The position numbers and the translations under genes are program-made. Source: an uncultured Anaerolineales bacterium (GTDB lineage: Bacteria > Chloroflexota > Anaerolineae > Anaerolineales > UBA11858). From it: a stretch of DNA of 63,654 bases. Under the pieces are notes generated by a model. The model made no database searches. It was not told where the DNA came from and was given only the letters and a program-made list of their open reading frames with translations. The stretch covers positions 1-63,654 of the forward strand of contig CAYWFK010000007.1 of assembly GCA_964457375.1 (NCBI GenBank), read 5' to 3'. Below are positions 1 to 9,645 of the stretch, one piece after another. Every line of letters starts with the position of its first letter. The stretch's first letter is position 1.

Positions 1-1
1 T

Positions 2-421
2 AAAATTACAATCATCGAGGGGCCTCCCCCAACTTTCGAAGAAACCAGCGAATACTGGGCAGAGAGCCTCACGGATAGTTTTTATGTCAGCCGGATTGTG
101 TATACCAAGCTGAGGACTTTCAACGGCAGGGAACTGGTGGAACGCTGCAAACGTGCCTGGCAGGAGCGGGACACCATTTTTCTGGAATACAAGACTTTCG
201 AGGGGCTGGAAAGCCGTGCCCCGATTATCGCTGCCCGGCACATCGAAACGGGGGACGGGGATGTGCTTTTGTTGTGGCTGCGCATCGTTGATCGTGCCGT
301 CGAACTGGAAATCGGTTATGAAGATGAACTGGATCTCGACGATGACGATGATGAGGACAGTGACAGGGATGAAGATGATATTGATTTCGGTGATTTTGGG
401 TTTATGAATCCTCTGAATTGA
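2..421 (+). CDS. Hypothetical protein (5'-truncated by window edge) with very acidic C-terminal tail
   Basis: Frame is open from base 2 (KITIIEGPPPTFEETSEYWAESLTD...) into the ORF-track 98..421 protein; the D/E-rich tail is followed by a terminator-like hairpin. Confidence 0.75.
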   Translation, partial: KITIIEGPPPTFEETSEYWAESLTDSFYVSRIVYTKLRTFNGRELVERCKRAWQERDTIFLEYKTFEGLESRAPIIAARHIETGDGDVLLLWLRIVDRAVELEIGYEDELDLDDDDDEDSDRDEDDIDFGDFGFMNPLN

Positions 422-449
422 TGGTTTGCTGCCAAAAATGAAATATATA

Positions 450-490
450 CGCCCCGAAGGTTGTTTTCTTCGGGGCGGTTTTGTTTTCGG
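450..490 (+). terminator. Intrinsic terminator
   Basis: Perfect 10-bp stem CGCCCCGAAG/CTTCGGGGCG (450-459/468-477) followed by GTTTTGTTTTC. Confidence 0.7.
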
Positions 491-525
491 TGGATGCCGG
501 TGACGGTACAAACGGCCTGGCTGGG

Positions 526-1323
526 TCAGTGATGCTGGATGTAGATTGTACCTGCGGCAAGGATGATGAAGAACAAGGGAACGACAATCAGAGCCAGACG
601 GATATCCTCACGCGAACGTTGGTCGCTCAGGCGCAGTTCCGGCGGTATGCCTTCCAACCCCAGCAGGGGACCGGCAAGCCATGCAAATGAAACCCCGCCA
701 ATCAGCCCGCCGATATGTCCCCAGTTGTCGATGTGGGGAGATAGCCCGATGAGCAGGTTGATCACTGCCACGCTGATAATCGAAGTAAGGGCGCGCGAAG
801 CCTTGTTGCCGAGCATTTTGCGGTTGTGGTGGATGAATACGCCTTGTGCACCCAGCAAGCCAAAAATGGCTGTGGATGAGCCAAGCGAAGGGGCCGGTGA
901 GAACATCATCGAAAAGACATTTCCTCCAAAGCCGCTGAGAAAATACAGCGCCAAAAACCGGAAACGGCCATAGTATCGTTCCAGCCCGGGCCCGAACAAA
1001 TACAGGGCGTACATGTTGAAGGCGATGTGGAGCATCGAACCGTGAAGGAAGACGGGGGTAATCAGCCGCCAGTATTGACCGCGCATAATCAGGTCGTTGA
1101 TTTTTATGCCCAGAGCGGCGGGAAAGTCGATTTTGAAGAGGTATTCGGTGCCGATTTGAAGAAAATATATGGCAACTGTGATTGCCATGATGGTGTACGT
1201 GGCGTATGGTTTGTTGGTGATGGGGCGAACGATGACTTTTCTGGCGGGAGATGACGGATGGGACACCCCGCTTGATGCACCGGGCGGTTGTTCTCCGGGT
1301 GTTTCCGGTGTGTGCATGTTCAT
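526..1323 (-). CDS. Rhomboid family intramembrane serine protease
   Basis: WRLITPVFLH, HIAFN, GSS (catalytic Ser region) and HIGG motifs; multiple TM segments; 4-bp overlap with gmk. Confidence 0.9.
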   Translation of the reverse strand: MNMHTPETPGEQPPGASSGVSHPSSPARKVIVRPITNKPYATYTIMAITVAIYFLQIGTEYLFKIDFPAALGIKINDLIMRGQYWRLITPVFLHGSMLHIAFNMYALYLFGPGLERYYGRFRFLALYFLSGFGGNVFSMMFSPAPSLGSSTAIFGLLGAQGVFIHHNRKMLGNKASRALTSIISVAVINLLIGLSPHIDNWGHIGGLIGGVSFAWLAGPLLGLEGIPPELRLSDQRSREDIRLALIVVPLFFIILAAGTIYIQHH

Positions 1324-1949
1324 AGGGTAACCTTTCGCGGGTGGACACGATGGTGTTCGGCACGGATGATTGCCTGAATGGTATCTACGGTTTCGCCCAG
1401 ACGGTCTTCCCGGTTGAGGACAACGTAGTCGAAAATCGGCAGGCGTTTGAGTTCCTGGCGGGCGGTTGCAATGCGTAGTTTGAGGCTTTCCGGGTCTTCG
1501 GTGTTGCGTGCCCTCAGCCTGCGGGCGAGTTCTTCTTCATCGCTGGTTGTCAGGAAGATCAGCAGCGCATCAGGACAAATTGTGCGGATGGTTGCAGCCC
1601 CCTGAACATCGATGCGCAGGACCACATCTTTGCCGCTGGCGAGCGCTTTGCGGACTTGTTCTTTGGGGATTCCTTTGAAGTCTTTGTAGACGATAGCATA
1701 TTCGAGCAGTTCGTCTTTGTCGATCATCTCGGCGAACTGGTCTTTACTGATGAAGAAGTAATCTCTGCCGTCGATTTCGTCGGCACGGCGGGGGCGTGTG
1801 GTGGCGGTAACTACGAAGTGGATGGGGAGTTTTCTTTTCTTCATGGTGTGGATTACGGAATCTTTCCCCACACCGGAAGGACCCGAAATGATGATCAGCA
1901 ATGGTTCCTGATGCAGCGGGTTGAAGTTGTGGGTGTTTTCTTCGGTCAT
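1320..1949 (-). CDS. gmk: Guanylate kinase
   Basis: P-loop SGPSGVGKD, TTRPRRADEIDGRDYFF GMP-binding signature, IDVQGA. Confidence 0.95.
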   Translation of the reverse strand: MTEENTHNFNPLHQEPLLIIISGPSGVGKDSVIHTMKKRKLPIHFVVTATTRPRRADEIDGRDYFFISKDQFAEMIDKDELLEYAIVYKDFKGIPKEQVRKALASGKDVVLRIDVQGAATIRTICPDALLIFLTTSDEEELARRLRARNTEDPESLKLRIATARQELKRLPIFDYVVLNREDRLGETVDTIQAIIRAEHHRVHPRKVTL

Positions 1950-2022
1950 GAAATTTCCTTGCTATAATGATTTATAATTAATCCCGGCATCGAATGGTTT
2001 GATTTTGGAGGTTGTTTGAAAT

Positions 2023-2415
2023 ATGCCGGTTTATGAATACAAATGTTTGACCTGCAAGCAGGGTTTCGAAGTGAATATTCCTTATGCGAAATATGGCAGA
2101 GTGCAGGTAAGATGTTCTCATTGTAACAGTAAAAACGTTGTCCGTCTGATTAGCCGGGTGCGTGTTGCGCATTCCGAAGAAAGCAGGCTTGATTCGCTGG
2201 TTGACCCTTCTGCGCTGGACGGTCTGGAAGACGATCCGAAGACGCTGGGAAGGATGATGCGCACAATGTCCAAAGAGCTGGGGGAGGATATGGGACCCGA
2301 ATTCGATGAAGTGGTAGGCAGGCTGGAAAAAGGACAAAGCCCCGATGAAATCGAAAAAGCACTGCCCGATTTGGGGGGCGAAGGCGGTGATTCGGGCGCT
2401 TTGGACAATTTGTAA
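2023..2415 (+). CDS. FmdB-family zinc-ribbon protein
   Basis: MPVYEYKCLTC...RCSHC N-terminal CxxC-CxxC ribbon; GGAGG RBS. Confidence 0.8.
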   Translation: MPVYEYKCLTCKQGFEVNIPYAKYGRVQVRCSHCNSKNVVRLISRVRVAHSEESRLDSLVDPSALDGLEDDPKTLGRMMRTMSKELGEDMGPEFDEVVGRLEKGQSPDEIEKALPDLGGEGGDSGALDNL

Positions 2416-2423
2416 AACGGATT

Positions 2424-3047
2424 CTACCCCGATTGTTTGTCGATAAAAGCCAGCACAGCTTTGCGTATCCGCTTTTCGACTTGTTCGATGGGCAGCGTGC
2501 CGTCGATGACTACCCAGCGGGACGGATTCTGTTTGATGAGTTCCTTGTAGCCTTCACGGACGCGCCGATGGAAAGCCAGCTCGTAGGCTTCCATACGATT
2601 CCAGCCGCCATCTTTGTTCCTGCGTTTTAATCCCTCTTCTGCATCGATATCCAGCAGGATGGTCAATCCGGGGGTGAGCCCGCTTGTGGCAAAGTTGACG
2701 ATGGTATGTAATTGCTGCAAATCGATTCGGTGCCCGTAGCCTTGATAGGCGATGGTTGAATCTGCATAGCGGTCGCAAAGGACGATGGCACCGCTTTCGA
2801 TACTTGGCTTGATCAGCTCTTCGACATGTTGGGCACGGGATGCCTGAAAGAGCAGGATTTCGGTACGCGGGTGCATGCCGGTGTTTTTCATGCTGAAGAG
2901 CAAATGCCGGATTTGGTCGCCGATGGATGTGCCGCCGGGTTCCCGGGTCGAGACGATTTTATATCCCCGCTTTTGCAGGAATGCCGACAGTTTTTTGAGC
3001 TGGGTGGTTTTGCCGCTCCCGTCCGGTCCCTCGAATGTGATAAACAT
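2424..3047 (-). CDS. tmk: Thymidylate kinase
   Basis: FITFEGPDGSGKTTQ, TREPGG, CDRYADST motifs. Confidence 0.95.
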   Translation of the reverse strand: MFITFEGPDGSGKTTQLKKLSAFLQKRGYKIVSTREPGGTSIGDQIRHLLFSMKNTGMHPRTEILLFQASRAQHVEELIKPSIESGAIVLCDRYADSTIAYQGYGHRIDLQQLHTIVNFATSGLTPGLTILLDIDAEEGLKRRNKDGGWNRMEAYELAFHRRVREGYKELIKQNPSRWVVIDGTLPIEQVEKRIRKAVLAFIDKQSG

Positions 3048-3088
3048 GCGTGTGAATGCTGCCTTTCACCAGTAATAATTTTTCCGGT

Positions 3089-4684
3089 CTATTCCCTGAA
3101 AATCCGCACACGCCGATTGGGTTCTTTGCCATAAGAATGCGAGACCAGATTGGCTTCACGTGCCATCTGATGCTGCAAACGGCGGATGTACGAAGATGCC
3201 GGGGTAAGTTCGACCCAGCGATCGCCGTTTAGTACAGCTTCGATAGCTTGCCGGGTTTGATAAAGAATTTGCTCTTCGGAAGCGTTGGGAGATTGTTCCG
3301 TCGAAAGGTTGAAAAGCCCGCTCAGAAAGCGTTCCATCTGGTTGATTGTGTTCGAGCGCAGCACGTAAATCGGGGTGCCGCGGTTTTCGGCGCTGACGAT
3401 AGAACGGGTGTGTTTGCGGTAGTGGGTGCGCAGGGTGACGACAACCTGTGCGTCTTTGATTTCGTTGATTAGCAGAATGGGAACCCCCAGACGCTTTGCC
3501 GCCTGGTTCAGCCTGTTGCGTGCGACACCGTAAGGGAAAATGCGGACGATGTCTTCTTTTTTCCAGGTGCGGTAAGCGGGCTTGCCTGAGATTTCTTCTT
3601 GCGGGTGCTCCGGTTTTTCCCAGCTGCTGCCGTTGGTTTGCCTGTGCAAACCCAGCCCCCGCTGAGTGCTGCGGGGTTGGGGCAGGTGCTGCTTTTCGGT
3701 GCGTATCTCTCCGTTTTCATCACGAAAACGAATTTCAGGCTGGGGGTAGTTGCCGCGCAGCAGGGAATCGACCGCGGTGGCAACATCCGGGTGGACGGCA
3801 ACGCGGTCACGTGTCTGGATTTCGATGAGGACATCGAAGGTGGGCGGAGACCGGCGTTCGAGCACGGTTTTTTGGGTGCCGCGGCGGCGGGCTTCTTCAT
3901 CCGAAAGTGTTACGGATTCGATGCCGCCGACCAGGTCGGAAAGTGTCGGGTTGAGCAGGAGATTTTCAAGGGTGTTGCCATGGGCGGTGCCAATGAGCTG
4001 CACACCTCTTTCCGCGATGGTGCGCGCTGCTTCCGCTTCCAGCTCCCTGCCGATTTCGTCGATGACAATCACTTCCGGGTTGTGATTTTCCACTGCTTCG
4101 ATCATCACTTCGTGCTGCAAGGCGGGTTGTGAAACCTGCATACGCCGGGCACGTCCGACAGCCGGATGAGGTACGTCGCCGTCACCGCCGATTTCGTTGG
4201 ATGTATCGACGATGATCACGCGCTTTTTCTCGGCGAGGATGCGTGCCGCTTCGCGCAGCATGGTAGTTTTTCCGACGCCGGGGCGTCCGAGAATCAACAG
4301 GTTTTTTCCGCTTTCGATCAGGTCGGTAATGATATCCGTGGTGCCGTAAACCGCCCGCCCGACGCGGCAAGTCAGGCCGACGATCATCCCCCGGCGGTTG
4401 CGGATTGCGGAAATGCGGTGCAGGGTACGTTCCAGGCCGGCACGGTTGTCTTCGTCGAAGTTTCCTACTCTTTTTACAACGTAGTCGATATCTTCCCGGG
4501 TAATTTCCTTTTCGCTGAGGTTTTTCTCGCCGGAGAGGTATCGCGCGGTTGGCACGCGCCCCAAATCGAGAATTGCTTCGAGCAGGTTGTCGCTGTCATT
4601 CACCTCGGTGATTGCCGCAGCAATTTCCGGGGGTAAAACGCCCAGCAGCGTATCCAGATTGTCGGTAATTTGTTTTTTCGTCAA
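3089..4684 (-). CDS. SpoIIIAA/Ycf45-like AAA ATPase with C-terminal R3H domain
   Basis: Walker A GRPGVGKTT, VDTSNEIGGDGD, Walker B VIVIDEIG, C-terminal RRLQH R3H motif. Confidence 0.85.
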   Translation of the reverse strand: MTKKQITDNLDTLLGVLPPEIAAAITEVNDSDNLLEAILDLGRVPTARYLSGEKNLSEKEITREDIDYVVKRVGNFDEDNRAGLERTLHRISAIRNRRGMIVGLTCRVGRAVYGTTDIITDLIESGKNLLILGRPGVGKTTMLREAARILAEKKRVIIVDTSNEIGGDGDVPHPAVGRARRMQVSQPALQHEVMIEAVENHNPEVIVIDEIGRELEAEAARTIAERGVQLIGTAHGNTLENLLLNPTLSDLVGGIESVTLSDEEARRRGTQKTVLERRSPPTFDVLIEIQTRDRVAVHPDVATAVDSLLRGNYPQPEIRFRDENGEIRTEKQHLPQPRSTQRGLGLHRQTNGSSWEKPEHPQEEISGKPAYRTWKKEDIVRIFPYGVARNRLNQAAKRLGVPILLINEIKDAQVVVTLRTHYRKHTRSIVSAENRGTPIYVLRSNTINQMERFLSGLFNLSTEQSPNASEEQILYQTRQAIEAVLNGDRWVELTPASSYIRRLQHQMAREANLVSHSYGKEPNRRVRIFRE

Positions 4685-4771
4685 TTGTCAATTCACTCGT
4701 TTTTCATTCGTTCCGCGATGCATCGATGCATGGGAACGGATACGTTTTCTTGTTCTTTATCAAGTATAACA

Positions 4772-5728
4772 TCAACTTTTGCCGGATGTTTTGGAAAAGG
4801 GTTTTACCTGTGCCAGGGGAATGGGGGCGTCAGGCTGGCTTTCGATTTGCCGAAGGGGAACGGTTTTCCTGACGTGGGCGGGAATTGCCAGACGTTTGAC
4901 CATGACTGCCTGCAAAGCGCTGGATGTTGCACCAAGTGCCTGAATGGCTGTTTCCAGCCAGGATTGGTATGTGCGGATGCACAGGTGAATTGCCCGATTG
5001 TGCCTGGCGGGGATCGATTGAAGCAGACTGTAAAGAAACTCTTCCGGGTCTTCTACATCCAGATGAACAATGGGATGTACCCAGATTCCGCGTGACCCGT
5101 AAATCAGGTCGGCGTATCCGAGCATTTTATCTTTGGTGTATTGCACAAGCCAGTAACGCCGGGTGTCCCGCGGTTGTTCCATTTGTTTGACGATGCCGGG
5201 GACGATGTTGTTGAACAGGGCAATTTTATCGGAAAAGTTTTGTTCTGCTGCATACTGCCAGCGGATTCCGGTTTTATGACTATTTTCTTCCGCCAGGTGA
5301 ACTTTCCAGATTCTTTGGCGGGCGTAGGTTGTGAAGCCGGCACTGCGCAGGATCTGGAATGCGGAAGAGCGTTCTTCCGGCTCGGCAATCAGATGCGTGG
5401 CGCCGGTCGTGGCGGCGGTTTGGCAAAGGTGACCCAGCACATCCCGTGTGTTGTGTGTATCGATGCCATCTGCGGGCGCCAGGATCGACATGCGCGCGAA
5501 AGTTTCGTTTTCCAATTGAACAATTTGACCGATTACAGGTTCGCAGCTGTGATTTTCCGGCGTGAAAATCGATGTGAAGAAACCGCTGGTTGGGGAAAGG
5601 CAGGAAAGCAGAACCCCGGAAACGAAATATGTTCCGCGGGTTGCAGACAACGCGCTGCTGAGATACAGCTCTTTGCTGCGGTAGCGGTGCAGGATGGGAA
5701 TATCACGCCAATCGAACGATCGGATCAT
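4772..5728 (-). CDS. Hypothetical protein, possibly a degenerate GNAT-like fold
   Basis: 318-aa ORF filling the gap; AFQILRSAGFTTYARQRIW resembles a GNAT motif B; no firm family. Confidence 0.55.
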   Translation of the reverse strand: MIRSFDWRDIPILHRYRSKELYLSSALSATRGTYFVSGVLLSCLSPTSGFFTSIFTPENHSCEPVIGQIVQLENETFARMSILAPADGIDTHNTRDVLGHLCQTAATTGATHLIAEPEERSSAFQILRSAGFTTYARQRIWKVHLAEENSHKTGIRWQYAAEQNFSDKIALFNNIVPGIVKQMEQPRDTRRYWLVQYTKDKMLGYADLIYGSRGIWVHPIVHLDVEDPEEFLYSLLQSIPARHNRAIHLCIRTYQSWLETAIQALGATSSALQAVMVKRLAIPAHVRKTVPLRQIESQPDAPIPLAQVKPFSKTSGKS

Positions 5729-5779
5729 TTTCGGTGCCCTCAGGTGGAGGCGGGGAGAACCGGAATGGCGGGCTGCCTG

Positions 5780-6364
5780 TCAGGGGGATTGGACAAGGGA
5801 GAGAAAGTAACGGTGAAAGCGGTCGTCGCCGGTGAGTTCCGGATGGAATGATGTGGCGAGAAGGCGCCCCTGACGCACGGCTACGATGCTTCCGTCTTCC
5901 AGTGTGGCAAGCGGTTCGGCGTCTCCCTGAATTGATTCGATGAGGGGGGCGCGGATAAAGACGGCGTGGAAGGGTGCCCCGGAGGAGTCAACAGCTTTCA
6001 GCGCGGGGATGTCCAGATCGGTTTCGAAGCTGTCAATTTGTCTGCCGAATGCGTTGCGTGCTACTTGAATATCCATCAGGGAGAGCAAGGGCTGTGTGCG
6101 GTGGGCATCTTTGGAGAGGAAGATTGCTCCGGCGCATGTACCCCATATGGCTTTTTCTTTGCCGAAAGATCTGAGCGGTACAATCAGGCCAAATTCATCA
6201 GCCAGCTTGCCGATGGTTGTGGACTCGCCCCCGGGGATAATCAGCCCGTCGATGTCATCGAGTTGTTCCGGCAGACGAATCTCCGTTGTTTCTACGCCGA
6301 TTCGTTCCAGCATCCCAAGATGTTCGAGGAAATCCCCTTGCAGGGCGAGTACACCGATTTTCAT
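5780..6364 (-). CDS. pdxT: Pyridoxal 5'-phosphate synthase glutaminase subunit
   Basis: MKIGVLALQG start, IPGGESTT, GTCAG (catalytic Cys), FHPE (His-Glu); directly downstream of pdxS. Start moved from 6388 to 6364. Confidence 0.95.
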   Translation of the reverse strand: MKIGVLALQGDFLEHLGMLERIGVETTEIRLPEQLDDIDGLIIPGGESTTIGKLADEFGLIVPLRSFGKEKAIWGTCAGAIFLSKDAHRTQPLLSLMDIQVARNAFGRQIDSFETDLDIPALKAVDSSGAPFHAVFIRAPLIESIQGDAEPLATLEDGSIVAVRQGRLLATSFHPELTGDDRFHRYFLSLVQSP

Positions 6365-6368
6365 GGTT

Positions 6369-7256
6369 CTACCAGCCTCGTGTGGCAATCAGCTCTTCTT
6401 TTGGAATGCTGGTAACCTGGCGCCCGACCATCGGTTCGCCAAGGTTACGGCTGACCTCTGCGAGAATGGCGGGGTCGTTGTAATGGGTTACCGCTTTGAC
6501 GATGGCGGCAGCGCGCTTTGCGGGATCACCGGATTTGAAAATGCCGGAGCCGACGAAAACACCATCCATACCCAGCTGCATCATCAGGGCTGCATCAGCC
6601 GGGGTGGCAATGCCGCCGGCGGCAAAGTTGACAACCGGTAAATGGCCGAGGTCACGGGTTTCCTTGAGCAGCTCGAAAGGTGCCCCGAGGTCTTTGGCGA
6701 AGGTCATCAATTCTTCGTCGGGCATATTTTTCAAACGGCGGATGGCATCCATCACGGTGCGGGCGTGACGTACGGCTTCAACGACGTCACCTGTGCCGGC
6801 TTCACCTTTTGTGCGGATCATTGCCGCGCCTTCGCCGATGCGGCGGAGTGCTTCTCCCAGATTTCTGCATCCACAAACGAAGGGAACGCTGAATTCATGT
6901 TTGTTGATATGGTGCTCTTCATCTGCCGGGGTGAGTACTTCGGATTCGTCGATATAGTCCACCCCGATAGCTTCGAGGATTTGGGCTTCGACGAAGTGAC
7001 CGATTCGTGCTTTGGCCATCACCGGGATGGAAACGGCATCCATGATTTCGAGAATCAGCTGGGGGTCGCTCATGCGGGCTACCCCGCCATCGGCGCGGAT
7101 ATCTGCGGGAACTCTTTCGAGCGCCATCACGGCTACGGCACCGGCTTCTTCGGCAATGCGGGCGTGCTCGGCTGTTACCACATCCATGATTACGCCGCCT
7201 TTGAGCATTTGTGCCAAACCTTTTTTGACTTCGAACGTAGCAACTTGCTTTTCCAT
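6369..7256 (-). CDS. pdxS: Pyridoxal 5'-phosphate synthase lyase subunit
   Basis: [49 protein letters not shown] signatures. Confidence 0.97.
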   Translation of the reverse strand: MEKQVATFEVKKGLAQMLKGGVIMDVVTAEHARIAEEAGAVAVMALERVPADIRADGGVARMSDPQLILEIMDAVSIPVMAKARIGHFVEAQILEAIGVDYIDESEVLTPADEEHHINKHEFSVPFVCGCRNLGEALRRIGEGAAMIRTKGEAGTGDVVEAVRHARTVMDAIRRLKNMPDEELMTFAKDLGAPFELLKETRDLGHLPVVNFAAGGIATPADAALMMQLGMDGVFVGSGIFKSGDPAKRAAAIVKAVTHYNDPAILAEVSRNLGEPMVGRQVTSIPKEELIATRGW

Positions 7257-7591
7257 GGTTACCTTCCTTCACGCGAAACCCAACCCGTTTCTGTTTTTAC
7301 GCATCAAAAAATGGGGTTTGTTTCGTAAAATGTTTGTGCATCGGTAAATTGATTACCTGAATCGATTCTACCACACAGGGGATAGCGAGGCAATTTGGAA
7401 AGCCCCTGGAAAGGTGCCTTGGAGAGCTTTCTTACGAATAATTAATAATTTATTGGAGACATAGAAAAGAAACCCGCCGGTATTTTCCCCTGGTGGGTTG
7501 TACAGGAGCGGCTTTGAGCCCGCGTTTTACCATCCCTTCAGTCAATCAAACAATCAAGACGGGTTGGCAAGCCGTGCCTGTGTGTGCTGGT

Positions 7592-7882
7592 TTATCGCGG
7601 TTCGACGGTGAAGCGGATGGCTGTGCGTACTTTCCCGTCGATTTCTACATCCACGAATTCGGGCATGCAAATAAGATCGTAACCGTCGTCGACAACGTAC
7701 CCCTTGGCCAGCGCCAGGGCTTTGACGGCTTGATTGACTGCACTTGCTCCGATTGCTTGCACCTCAGCATGTTGGTGTTCTCGAATGACACCCGCAATTG
7801 CACCGGCAACTGATGATGTGCGGGAAGTTGCTGAGACCTTGATGATATCGATACGTTTTTTGTCTCTGTTTTCGTTGTCCAT
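7592..7882 (-). CDS. spoVS: Stage V sporulation protein S family (Alba-like nucleic-acid-binding protein)
   Basis: IIKVSATSRTSSVAGAIAG...VQAIGASAVNQAVKA signature. Confidence 0.9.
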   Translation of the reverse strand: MDNENRDKKRIDIIKVSATSRTSSVAGAIAGVIREHQHAEVQAIGASAVNQAVKALALAKGYVVDDGYDLICMPEFVDVEIDGKVRTAIRFTVEPR

Positions 7883-7943
7883 GATGGCATCCTTATTGGT
7901 GGGTTTGCGAAGGTACTAACCAAAACGATGTTGTGATAGTTTG

Positions 7944-7972
7944 ATTGTACAGGATTTTGGGTTAAGAATCAA
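7944..7972 (-). promoter_or_regulatory. Putative sigma70 promoter of spoVS
   Basis: Minus-strand TTGATT (7972-7967), 17 bp, TACAAT (7949-7944). Confidence 0.55.
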
Positions 7973-8118
7973 GAAGAATTCGATAGGGGTTTGAACGCGA
8001 AAAAGGCGCTGAAAAACGAATTACCCGATGGCAAATCGATTATAATCAAATCAAGGCAGGTGCATGGCTTGCGTTCAATCCCGGTTTTGGGAAACAAAAC
8101 GGCTCGAAGGAACTGGTT

Positions 8119-9243
8119 ATGGGAAGACCCCGGTTTGAAGATTTGAATTTGTCAACCCGCATTTTGCTTGGCCCGGGACCAAGTATGGTGCCGCCGCGGG
8201 TTTTGAATGCCCTGGCAACACCGCCTGTGGGACATCTTGACCCCCGGTTCCTGAGCATCATGGCGGAGGTGAAAGAACTTCTGCGTTTTGTGTTTCAAAC
8301 CGAAAATGCGGTAACTTTTCCGGTTTCAGGCACGGGCAGCGCAGGTATGGAAGCCGCTTTGTGCAATTTCATCGAGCCCGGAGACAGGGTGTTGATTGCC
8401 ATCAACGGGTATTTCGGTGAGCGGCTGGCGGAAATTGCGGGGCGCTATGGCGCCCGGGTTGATCGTCTCGAACGCCCGTGGGGCGAGGTATTTACTCCCG
8501 ATGAGGTCGAAGCGGCTTTGCGCAAGGCATCGTATAAATTGTTTGCGCTTGTTCATGCTGAAACTTCCACCGGCACTTTGCAAAATCGTATCGGGGAAAT
8601 CGCTTCTGTTGTCCATCGTGTGGGTGCACTTTTCGTTTTGGATACGGTGGCTTCTTTGGGCGGCGTTCCGGTCAGGGTAGACCGGTGGCAGGTGGATGTT
8701 TGTTACAGCGGTTCGCAAAAATGTCTTTCTGCACCACCAGGCCTGGCGCCGGTTACGGTTTCAGAACGCGCAATGGACGTTCTGCGGGCGCGGAAAACGC
8801 CGGTTGCCAACTGGTATCTGGATTTGGCGGCACTCATGCGCTATTGGGGAGAGCCGCACGTCTATCACCATACCGCTCCGGTGAATATGATCTTTGCGTT
8901 GCGGGAAGCGCTGCGCCTGGTTTATGAAGAAGGGCTGGAAATGCGTTTTGCCCGGCATCGTGCCAATGCGGAAATGCTTTGGCGCGGGCTTGAGGATTTG
9001 GGCTTGTCGCTTCGAATCCCGCCGGAGCACCGGCTGGCGACATTGACGACACCCGATTTGCCGGAGGGTCTCGATGAAAGGGCGGTTCGCAGGCAGCTGC
9101 TGACGGATTATAATGTGGAAATATCCGGCGGGTTCGGACCGTTTGCCGGGAAAATCTGGAGAATTGGGCTGATGGGCTTCAGCAGCCGGCGCGAACATGT
9201 TGCCTTGCTGCTTGCTCTGCTTCGGCAGTTTTTGGCAGCATGA
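8119..9243 (+). CDS. Alanine-glyoxylate/serine-pyruvate aminotransferase family (class V PLP enzyme)
   Basis: LLGPGPS, HAETSTG, DTVASLGG, SGSQKCL (PLP Lys). Confidence 0.9.
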   Translation: MGRPRFEDLNLSTRILLGPGPSMVPPRVLNALATPPVGHLDPRFLSIMAEVKELLRFVFQTENAVTFPVSGTGSAGMEAALCNFIEPGDRVLIAINGYFGERLAEIAGRYGARVDRLERPWGEVFTPDEVEAALRKASYKLFALVHAETSTGTLQNRIGEIASVVHRVGALFVLDTVASLGGVPVRVDRWQVDVCYSGSQKCLSAPPGLAPVTVSERAMDVLRARKTPVANWYLDLAALMRYWGEPHVYHHTAPVNMIFALREALRLVYEEGLEMRFARHRANAEMLWRGLEDLGLSLRIPPEHRLATLTTPDLPEGLDERAVRRQLLTDYNVEISGGFGPFAGKIWRIGLMGFSSRREHVALLLALLRQFLAA

Positions 9244-9288
9244 CCACCGCACCGCCGTGGCAATGGATGATTTGACAAGGATAGACTA

Positions 9289-9645
9289 GTGAAACGCTGG
9301 ATATGGTTTTTTATCATGATCGCCATCGGGGCAAGTCTGGGGCTGGTTTACGGCTGGACAATCAACCCCGTGGAATATGTGGATACCACACCGGAGAGCT
9401 TGCGCGCGGATTACCGCACGGATTTTGTCTTGATGGTGGCGGAATTGTATGCGGATGATCACCATGTCGATTACGCCGTTCAGCGCCTGAAGTTTCTGGG
9501 TGATGATGACCCGAAGGAAATTGTTCAGGATGCGTTGCTTTTCGCTTCACAGAATCATTATGCGCTGCCCGATTTGACCTTGCTGAAAGATTTGTTCGAC
9601 GCTGTGCAGCATTGGACCCCGCTTTCCGGAGAGCCTTCATCATGA
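9289..9645 (+). CDS. Hypothetical membrane-anchored protein (paralog of next gene's N-terminal domain)
   Basis: N-terminal TM, then GLVYGWTINPVEYVDTTPESLRADYRTDFVLMVA; 4-bp overlap with next CDS. Confidence 0.75.
   Translation: MKRWIWFFIMIAIGASLGLVYGWTINPVEYVDTTPESLRADYRTDFVLMVAELYADDHHVDYAVQRLKFLGDDDPKEIVQDALLFASQNHYALPDLTLLKDLFDAVQHWTPLSGEPSS

Noticed and set aside
7592-7882. spoVS (and the SpoIIIAA-like ATPase) as evidence of sporulation
   Set aside because: Both families are widespread in non-sporulating bacteria; no other sporulation genes here.
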